7,681 nucleotides of DNA from Candidatus Heimdallarchaeota archaeon (GTDB taxonomy: Archaea; Asgardarchaeota; Heimdallarchaeia; Heimdallarchaeales; Heimdallarchaeaceae). Positions 1 through 6,190 of the stretch are shown here, one piece after another; within the stretch, counting starts at the first letter, position 1; each line of letters begins with the position of its first letter. The DNA lies in NCBI GenBank assembly GCA_030668875.1, contig DAOVER010000089.1, positions 1-7,681 of the forward strand, given 5' to 3'. The translations under genes and the position numbers were made by a program. Below the pieces are notes generated by a model. It ran no database searches. It saw nothing but the letters and a program-made list of their open reading frames with translations, and was not told where the DNA came from.

Positions 1-1551
1 TATCGTGATAACGAATCTTATCTCATTGTAACCATTATATAGATTGATATCACCAGTAATTTCTGCTTGACCTGTCTCCCTAATTGATTTTGTAAAAGCT
101 ATATTGCTTCCCGATTTAACAGTAATCGTGATACTGTCAAAATTTATATCAGAACTGATGAACATTGAGAAATTACAACTGTAATAAACAGCTGAATCTT
201 CTAGATAAACTACATCATAGAAACTTTTGCTAATAGCTCCTATCATGGGAGTGCTGATTTCTGTTTCAGAGACTAGTTGTTTCTCATATGTTTCTTGATC
301 GAAATTAATTATCTCAGATATGCTAATAGATGAAATATTGTAAAGAAATATAGTTCCTGAACCAGAGTTAATTGCACTTAAATGTAGAAATAAGTCTGAA
401 TTATAACTTTCTGTATAAGTTATGATTTCTATAGTTTGTTGAGAACTACTTTGCTTACTGGCGGTTATGATTCCAGATTCCAAAGAAATACTGTTTTGAG
501 TAATCTCAAAGTCTATACCAGAATAGATTGTTGTTCCTTCAAAACTGAATACTAACTGTAAGTTTAGAATATTTGCAGTTTGAATTGAAAAGGGTTTGAA
601 ACTGGATATGTCAATGGTAGAATCAATTGCATCTTCCCAGCTAATTTCTTGAAAAACCTCATTTGAAGGAGTTATCTTTGGTACTAATTTCCCAGTAGAT
701 TTTAGATTAGAAATTTGAATTATATCAGTTGAAATCTCTATGTGAAAAATGAGTGTTATAATATTGATGCCTTCTTCTAATGACAGAGTAAAAACAAAAT
801 CGTTTTCTTGATCAGAATCAATTGTTCTTGTATCTTGAACCTGCGAGTTAATGGATACAGATAATTCTTCTACAAAAGAGTTGAAGTCATTTGTTGTAAA
901 ATTTATTGATAATTCTAAGGAATAGGTGACATTATCGGTACAATTAACAGCTGATAAAATCGCATACTCTGATGTACCCAGCATCTCACCCTCGAACATG
1001 AAATATTCTGGAAGAAATGTTATGTCTTGGAAAGTGGTATTTAGTGTTGTAAGAGGTAGATTTTCTATATTACTAGTAGAGAATATTTTGATAACTCCAC
1101 TTTTTCCATATGAAGCTAGTCCTGAAATTATCACAGTAATGTTTACGTCACTTGTTAAATCGGCTTCAGAATAGAAACCTTGGGTAATTGAATGATTAAC
1201 ATTGTCTTGGTAAATTCTTTCAATAGTAAAATCAACTTCAACGTCTAAGATTTGAAAAGTAATAGCTATTCCAGCACTAGTGGATTTGTCTCCTTCAACA
1301 ACAAAACTAAGATTGAGAACATTCAGAGCTGAAAGTGTAAGATTAGTTAAAATAAAATGTTGAACGCTTTCGACAGAGCTATCATTGAACTCGTATGATA
1401 TTTCTTGATTTATTGTCTGTGAAAGCGTTCGAGTGTGTGATGAGTCAGTTGGTGAGTTCGACAAACTTAACCCACTACCCGCTAGCATAACCATTAGAGT
1501 GATGCAACTTACTATTAGTAAGTTATTGTAGTGTCTAGTGAATGTGACCAT
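1..1551 (-). CDS. Large secreted/surface protein, 3'-truncated by the window edge (>=517 aa), predicted all-beta Ig-like domains
   Basis: Hand translation from ATG at 1551 to base 1 has no stop codon. It starts MVTFTRHYNNLLIVSCITLMVMLAGSGLSLSNS (signal peptide or anchor). The rest is S/T/I/N/E-rich with alternating beta-strand patterns, including LSLEEGINIITLIFHI and INLYNGYNEIRFVITI (Ig-like 'L..G.N.I.I' motif). 11 N-x-S/T sequons counted. Confidence 0.93.
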   Translation of the reverse strand, partial: MVTFTRHYNNLLIVSCITLMVMLAGSGLSLSNSPTDSSHTRTLSQTINQEISYEFNDSSVESVQHFILTNLTLSALNVLNLSFVVEGDKSTSAGIAITFQILDVEVDFTIERIYQDNVNHSITQGFYSEADLTSDVNITVIISGLASYGKSGVIKIFSTSNIENLPLTTLNTTFQDITFLPEYFMFEGEMLGTSEYAILSAVNCTDNVTYSLELSINFTTNDFNSFVEELSVSINSQVQDTRTIDSDQENDFVFTLSLEEGINIITLIFHIEISTDIIQISNLKSTGKLVPKITPSNEVFQEISWEDAIDSTIDISSFKPFSIQTANILNLQLVFSFEGTTIYSGIDFEITQNSISLESGIITASKQSSSQQTIEIITYTESYNSDLFLHLSAINSGSGTIFLYNISSISISEIINFDQETYEKQLVSETEISTPMIGAISKSFYDVVYLEDSAVYYSCNFSMFISSDINFDSITITVKSGSNIAFTKSIRETGQAEITGDINLYNGYNEIRFVITI

Positions 1552-1571
1552 GTCTGTCAACTATCTTATAC

Positions 1572-1590
1572 TGAAATTACTATTTATAGT
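1572..1590. promoter_or_regulatory. Archaeal BRE/TATA-like box, possibly bidirectional
   Basis: + strand: GAAA followed by TTTATAGT (1583-1590). - strand: TATAAATA (1588-1581), 37 nt before the ATG at 1551. Confidence 0.45.
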
Positions 1591-1606
1591 CGGTAAAAGT
1601 TAACTG

Positions 1607-1637
1607 AAAGTTATTGTCGGAATTTAACAATAGCTTT
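1607..1637. promoter_or_regulatory. Inverted repeat (operator-like or RNA hairpin) in the divergent promoter region
   Basis: AAAGTTATTGT-N9-ACAATAGCTTT, 10/11 complementary; the one mismatch is a T.G wobble on the + strand. AAAGTTA also occurs 11 nt upstream (1596-1602). Confidence 0.5.
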
Positions 1638-1718
1638 TAACGCCCTAGTAGTACCCCGTCTCAGCGGCTATAACACTCTTTGATTAAATATTCAAAAGCA
1701 CATCCCAAATAATTAATA

Positions 1719-2258
1719 ATGATTAAACAATTATTCTCAAGAGACTTTACACAAGTGAAAAACATGAGAGACGAAAAAAAGAAGAAAAGAAAGAGAGAAA
1801 AGAAACAAAAATTTGATTTTAACAACTTTGTTGGAAAACAATTAGCACGATTGCGTTTTGGTGTAACTTATATTCAGATGTTGTATTATGCAGCTGTTAT
1901 TTTAGGTGCAATAGTCTTAGTTATCGATAATATTTTTGGTGAGGGTATAATAGGTTGGTTAGATTCAATTACTATCCTATTGATAATATTCATTTTTGAA
2001 TGGTGTATAGGATACTACACAGAAAAAACAGGTATTGTAAAAAAAGACAGAACACTAGGAAGCTTACAAAACATACCCGCTGCAAAAATTGTTCAAAGGG
2101 AGGTTTCTAAAGAAGTTTACAGAGAAGTTATTATCCCTCAAATGGAAGAAATGTTCGAAAGAGTATTAATGAAAACCTTGGGCAACATAAGTATTCTGAA
2201 TAAGGAAAACTTGATTAAAGAGGTAAAACGATCTATTAAAGAGGAAACAACGAGGTAA
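1719..2258 (+). CDS. Hypothetical 2-TM membrane protein with a very basic N-terminus (alternative start ATG 1764)
   Basis: 179-aa ORF. Basic tract KKKKRKREKKQK, then two hydrophobic segments (aa ~47-73 and ~77-100), then a charged helical C-terminus. TTAAATAT at 1684-1691 upstream; TAA stop. Confidence 0.85.
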   Translation: MIKQLFSRDFTQVKNMRDEKKKKRKREKKQKFDFNNFVGKQLARLRFGVTYIQMLYYAAVILGAIVLVIDNIFGEGIIGWLDSITILLIIFIFEWCIGYYTEKTGIVKKDRTLGSLQNIPAAKIVQREVSKEVYREVIIPQMEEMFERVLMKTLGNISILNKENLIKEVKRSIKEETTR

Positions 2259-2290
2259 AACTTATTTCAATAATTCGTGCAACAACTCTA

Positions 2291-2356
2291 TGAAATTCAT
2301 TTATGTAAATGGTAAGAATCAAATGAAAGTCATTGTTGGGATTTTGGCTACCCTTT
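2291..2356 (+). repeat. Degenerate intergenic repeat, copy 2 (partner at 1572-1637)
   Basis: Core tgaaagtcattgttgggattt (2324-2344) vs tgaaagttattgtcggaattt (1605-1625): 18/21 identical. Confidence 0.7.
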
Positions 2357-2430
2357 CTTGAATTAGAACGCAACTAATACCACTAATATTTAGGTAGGAA
2401 GTAAAATAGACACTAAAGTGTTTGTAATTC

Positions 2431-2438
2431 TTTAAATA
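2431..2438 (+). promoter_or_regulatory. TATA box for a leaderless transcript of 2460..3641
   Basis: TTTAAATA begins 29 nt before ATG 2460, matching canonical archaeal TATA-to-start spacing. Confidence 0.6.
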
Positions 2439-2459
2439 TAATGATGTGATTTTTTATAT

Positions 2460-3641
2460 ATGAATTCTGAAGAAGAGAAGAATGATTTTGTTTCTTCTTC
2501 TAAAATAGAAGAAATGGGGAAGGAGAAAGTGGTTGTTGACTCAAAAAAAGAGAAAGTCTTAACTCCATCTGAAATCAAAGAAAAGAAAACGTTTGGTGTA
2601 ACTTACTTCATCTTGGAAACGCTAGTAGTCATTGCAACAGTTTTTGTTTTTATAGTACCTCTAATTGATATCAATACTTCTAGTTATTATTTCTCCGATA
2701 TTGCTGTCATTTTCATGGTTTTTCTGGCTGCATTTGGTCTTCTTAATACTTACTTCTATCTGTTTAAACTAGATTCAAAATATAGGACTACAGCTTTCGT
2801 ACTTAGATTTAGCTTAGTAATCATCTCACTACTCATGTTTGTGATATTAGCTTATTATTCCTATATGTCAGATATACATGTTACATCTATGTTAATTTCT
2901 ATCTATGCCCTTTCTTCACAAATGATACTGAAAATCTACCTCCTTACTTCAAAGAAAACCATCAAGGAGAGATTATTCAGAAGAGCTGTTGCTGGTTCTC
3001 CTTCCGAGTTAGAATGGAGAAAATTCGACGTATTGTCAGGATATCTAGCAATAATTCTTGGTATTTTTGTTCTACAGATTTTCTGGCTCATTTATCATGG
3101 AATAATCCGAAAACCTGTTATTGAACGAACTAAGAAGAAACTAATTGTTGAAAGCCTAGTATTTGGAAAAGAGGTTAACCTTACTTCAGTTGCTTTGGAA
3201 ATAGGTGTTTCTTTAGAAGAAGTTATTTTCAAGCTTAAACAACTTTCGCTTAAAGGACATTTGAGGATAGAATTCACTCGATATGGGGCAGTTCTTAATG
3301 AAATTAGATCACCCAAATGGTATTCTAATGCTATGCATGAAAAGTATGAAAATTTTCTACATGGGCAGAAGGAATCTGAACTAGAAATTAAAGTAAACAA
3401 GTTTATCGAGTTGGCTGCAAGGGATAAAATTACAGGCAGTGATTTCAGAATGATAATGGGAATAAATCCTGATTATCCTATTAAAAGCCTTGAATTGCTC
3501 TTGCCCAATAAAGTTATAGATGTCAGAAAGCCGATATTTTCCAAAATGTCCTGGGTCTATATCAGTCTAGAACACGCTATGCTCAAAAGAGAGAAAATAG
3601 TCAGCATTTTCATTGATAACAGTGAAGAATTATTTGGTTAA
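2460..3641 (+). CDS. Polytopic membrane protein (~5 TM) with C-terminal winged-helix / PCI-like domain
   Basis: 393-aa ORF with five hydrophobic segments in aa ~45-216. EVNLTSVALEIGVSLEEVIFKLKQLSLKGHLRIEF (aa 238-272) fits the winged-helix pattern of PCI-type domains (I.L..IA..L..S.EEV...L..L...G.I.G.I). TATA-like TTTAAATA starts 29 nt before the ATG. Confidence 0.9.
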   Translation: MNSEEEKNDFVSSSKIEEMGKEKVVVDSKKEKVLTPSEIKEKKTFGVTYFILETLVVIATVFVFIVPLIDINTSSYYFSDIAVIFMVFLAAFGLLNTYFYLFKLDSKYRTTAFVLRFSLVIISLLMFVILAYYSYMSDIHVTSMLISIYALSSQMILKIYLLTSKKTIKERLFRRAVAGSPSELEWRKFDVLSGYLAIILGIFVLQIFWLIYHGIIRKPVIERTKKKLIVESLVFGKEVNLTSVALEIGVSLEEVIFKLKQLSLKGHLRIEFTRYGAVLNEIRSPKWYSNAMHEKYENFLHGQKESELEIKVNKFIELAARDKITGSDFRMIMGINPDYPIKSLELLLPNKVIDVRKPIFSKMSWVYISLEHAMLKREKIVSIFIDNSEELFG

Positions 3642-3656
3642 ATTCTGAACATTCTG

Positions 3657-3674
3657 TTTTTTTCTTTTTTTCTT
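3657..3674 (+). terminator. Archaeal-type oligo-T terminator
   Basis: T7-C-T7-C-TT starting 16 nt after the stop at 3641, with no preceding GC hairpin. Confidence 0.65.
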
Positions 3675-3688
3675 ATGATTTACCGATA

Positions 3689-3705
3689 TGAAATATATTT
3701 ATATT
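3689..3705 (+). promoter_or_regulatory. BRE + TATA box for the propeller gene
   Basis: TGAAATA followed by TTTATATT (3698-3705), 30 nt before ATG 3728. GGGAG at 3712-3716 could alternatively be an RBS. Confidence 0.55.
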
Positions 3706-3727
3706 AAAGTCGGGAGAATAATATTAT

Positions 3728-6163
3728 ATGAAAAGAAATAATTCTGTTCTTTTAGTATTCATTTTGCTTGGAACACTAAGTTTTTTCCCTACTCATGATT
3801 TTACTAAAGGACTTACCTATGATGATCAAAATATCACTTCTTCTTTAAATAATGGTAATGATGCTTTTAATCAAATTTATGGGAATCCAGGGTATACTGC
3901 TTTGGCAATTAGCGAAGAAGATAATCTAATATTCACAAACTCTTACAAAGGTTTAGCACTCTTTCAATTGGATGACCTATTAAACTCCTCTCACTATGGT
4001 ATAGAGATAGGCTTATCTGAAGCGACAATTTTTGACTTAGAAATTGACGAAGACCTCAAACTCTTGTACATCTCTACTATTGGTAATGTGGATATCCTAA
4101 ACTATTCTGTTTTCCCTCTACAAGCAACATCTATCGCCACAGGTAATTTTGGTGTTTTCGACTTAACAAAAAATGTTGTAGTTGATCACAATACAAACAT
4201 AGCCTGGATTAGTAGCTATGATGGCTTAAGTGCTTACGACCCAATAAAAGGCTCTTTTCTTGATACATCTGGTTATCCTGTCCCTTCATCTGGAATTTTA
4301 ACTTTGGATCTATATGATAACTATCTGTTCATTGGTGCAGAAGATGGTTTTTACTGGATAGATATGCTAACAAACACCTCACAGAAGTATACTACAACTG
4401 AGGGTTTACCTTACAATAAAGTCAGTTTAGTGAAATACTATCCAACAGAAAATAGGACATTTATCACGACAAAAGATCCAACACCTAATACTGGATTAGC
4501 TGGAGGATTAACTGTTATTTTCGAAAATGAAACCGTAGAATCATATAACTTGACAGAAGTAGGTTATAACCCTCTTCCTGTTATTGATATAGCATTTGAT
4601 TCTAGTAGAGAACTTGGATATATCGCTTCATTCATTAGTGCTAATACCGAATGTGGTTTATATATTTTCAATGCTTCTTCGCTAGAAGGAATAGCTCGTT
4701 CTGCTCAAGGGACTGGTGGCTCTTCTAGTTTACCTTATATAACTGCAGATTACTCGGTTGAGGGACTTTTAGCAAGTGTTGAGATAAACGAGTTGACAAA
4801 TGAAGCAATACTTGGTACAATACAAAGGTTACAAATATTGAATTTTGTTGATCCCCTCACTCCTGCAAGTAACACTGTCATAAGTGGCCCAATTCTAGGT
4901 ATGTATCATAATATGGCTTCTGATGTTCATTACGATCCTATCGATGAAACTGTTTATGTTTCTACCTTACTGGGTCTAAACAGATTCAGTATATATTCCG
5001 CAAATGAAGATAACCTTGAATATCTGTTGAACGTTCCTGGTGCTGGTGGAAATACTGCCGGTGAATTATTAGTTAATTCTCGATTAATGTTCCATCATCG
5101 GTACCTATACAATATCTCTGATGATGGTGTAACTGATATGAGCACAATTCTCCCATTAGATGAGTACAATCATATCCGTGACATATCTTCTTCCCCTAAT
5201 GAATCTGTGATTTACTATTCAGTTGGTAGAGATGAAAATGGTAACGGTTCTCTAATTATCTATAATTGGCAAACTGGTAACTATTCAGTTCATGATTTGG
5301 GTTACGATAGAACTGATTTGGAATTAAACGAAGTCTTGCACGACCCAACAAGAGACGTTCTCTACATTGCAACTAACAAAAGCCTGGTAATGTTCAACCT
5401 TACAACTCGTGAAGTTATTAAAACTTTTGGAGAGGTTGAAGAGTGGGATATTCGTTCATTAACATGGATAGATGGTAAAATATGGGTAGGTCTAGAACAA
5501 TCTCCCCATGTAAAAATCTTTGATCCTATTTCAGAAACTTTTGAGGATTTCACTCAAGCTGCTTTATGGATACCTACGATCAATGATATTGTACATATTT
5601 CAGAAACTAATGAAATTATGTTCACGTCTAATAGAGGTGTTTATCTTTATAACATGACTAATGAGCAGATTAAGTTTGAAGGTGAATCAGAAGGTTTGTC
5701 TAGCCTCTTCGTTGCCCGCGCAGACTATAGCCCAATAACAGGAAAAATGTACATAGGAACTTATTTGGGTTTGAATGTTTATGATCTCAACTTCGATGAC
5801 AAATTACCTGAGATAGAAATTGATCAGTTTGTTTATGTCTCTGGAAATTTTGCTTTTGATGTAGGAGCAAAAGATTATTCAGGTATCAAAAATATAACTG
5901 TGGAACTGTGGAACTCAACTTGGAGAGCAATTTGGGTGGCGATGAGTGAAGTAGTCCTTTCGATAAATATTGATACTACTCAATATGACGATGGAGATTA
6001 TACATTAACAGCTTATGTTACAGACTGGAATGATCTATTGAATACATCATCCCAAATTATTCAGATTGAGAATGTAGTCATAGGAGAATACTCTGCTCTA
6101 ACTGCCTTGTTCATATTCCCAGTAATTGCTTGCATTGTTTATTTAAACAAAAGGAAGAGATAA
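3728..6163 (+). CDS. Cell-surface double beta-propeller protein (Reg_prop / two-component-regulator-propeller-like blades) with Ig-like domain and C-terminal TM anchor
   Basis: 811 aa with N-terminal signal peptide MKRNNSVLLVFILLGTLSFF. About 14 blade repeats of the type D....LY(I/V)(S/A)T..GL..(F/Y)(N/D). Reg_prop-like motifs: KYTTTEGLPYNKV (nt 4385-4423), LGMYHNMASDV, FEGESEGLSSLFV (nt 5675-5713). Bacterial Ig-like motif DTTQYDDGDYTLTAYVTD (nt 5972-6025). Ends in a TM helix plus KRKR. About 18 sequons in the mature chain. Confidence 0.93.
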   Translation: MKRNNSVLLVFILLGTLSFFPTHDFTKGLTYDDQNITSSLNNGNDAFNQIYGNPGYTALAISEEDNLIFTNSYKGLALFQLDDLLNSSHYGIEIGLSEATIFDLEIDEDLKLLYISTIGNVDILNYSVFPLQATSIATGNFGVFDLTKNVVVDHNTNIAWISSYDGLSAYDPIKGSFLDTSGYPVPSSGILTLDLYDNYLFIGAEDGFYWIDMLTNTSQKYTTTEGLPYNKVSLVKYYPTENRTFITTKDPTPNTGLAGGLTVIFENETVESYNLTEVGYNPLPVIDIAFDSSRELGYIASFISANTECGLYIFNASSLEGIARSAQGTGGSSSLPYITADYSVEGLLASVEINELTNEAILGTIQRLQILNFVDPLTPASNTVISGPILGMYHNMASDVHYDPIDETVYVSTLLGLNRFSIYSANEDNLEYLLNVPGAGGNTAGELLVNSRLMFHHRYLYNISDDGVTDMSTILPLDEYNHIRDISSSPNESVIYYSVGRDENGNGSLIIYNWQTGNYSVHDLGYDRTDLELNEVLHDPTRDVLYIATNKSLVMFNLTTREVIKTFGEVEEWDIRSLTWIDGKIWVGLEQSPHVKIFDPISETFEDFTQAALWIPTINDIVHISETNEIMFTSNRGVYLYNMTNEQIKFEGESEGLSSLFVARADYSPITGKMYIGTYLGLNVYDLNFDDKLPEIEIDQFVYVSGNFAFDVGAKDYSGIKNITVELWNSTWRAIWVAMSEVVLSINIDTTQYDDGDYTLTAYVTDWNDLLNTSSQIIQIENVVIGEYSALTALFIFPVIACIVYLNKRKR

Positions 6164-6179
6164 AACACTCTTCTACTAC

Positions 6180-6190
6180 TTTCTTTTTTT
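6180..6190 (+). terminator. Oligo-T terminator between convergent genes
   Basis: TTTCTTTTTTT about 17 nt after the stop at 6163, overlapping the stop codon of the convergent gene. Confidence 0.55.

Larger units (their letters stand above)
1572..1637 (+). repeat. Degenerate intergenic repeat, copy 1 (partner at 2291-2356)
   Basis: Ungapped at offset 719: 1592-1625 vs 2311-2344 is 27/34 identical, with 6 of 7 mismatches being transitions. TGAAATT (1572/2291) and CTTT (1634/2353) are also in register. Confidence 0.7.

Noticed and set aside
926-1174. 82-aa + strand ORF from the track
   Set aside because: Antisense shadow of the uninterrupted 517-codon minus-strand gene; GTG start and no protein-like features.
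1622-1628. ATTTAAC / GTTAAAT resembling an integron attC core site
   Set aside because: No partner R box or long attC hairpin, the flanking genes are divergent, and no integrase is present.
1659-1666. GCTGAGA on the - strand, as in the TPP riboswitch
   Set aside because: The downstream ACCC / GAACCUGAU / UAAU / AGGGA elements are absent.
1773-1805. 33-nt purine-only tract
   Set aside because: Fully explained by Lys/Arg/Glu codons of the basic N-terminus in an AT-rich genome.
1950-2040. WLDSITILLIIFIFEWCIGYYTEK resembles TM2 of P-type ATPases
   Set aside because: No TGES, DKTGT or other P-type motifs follow; the ORF is only 179 aa and ends normally.
1572-2356. CRISPR interpretation of the duplicated element
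   Set aside because: Only two degenerate copies 719 nt apart with a gene in between; no regular repeat-spacer period and no cas genes.
3095-3400. 101-aa - strand ORF from the track
   Set aside because: Lies wholly antisense within 2460..3641; the Ser/Leu-rich composition is typical of a shadow frame.
5362-5553. 63-aa - strand ORF from the track
   Set aside because: Antisense shadow inside the propeller gene.
3728-6163. Calling the propeller gene a histidine kinase / two-component regulator
   Set aside because: No HisKA, HATPase or receiver domain; the chain ends directly after the TM helix.
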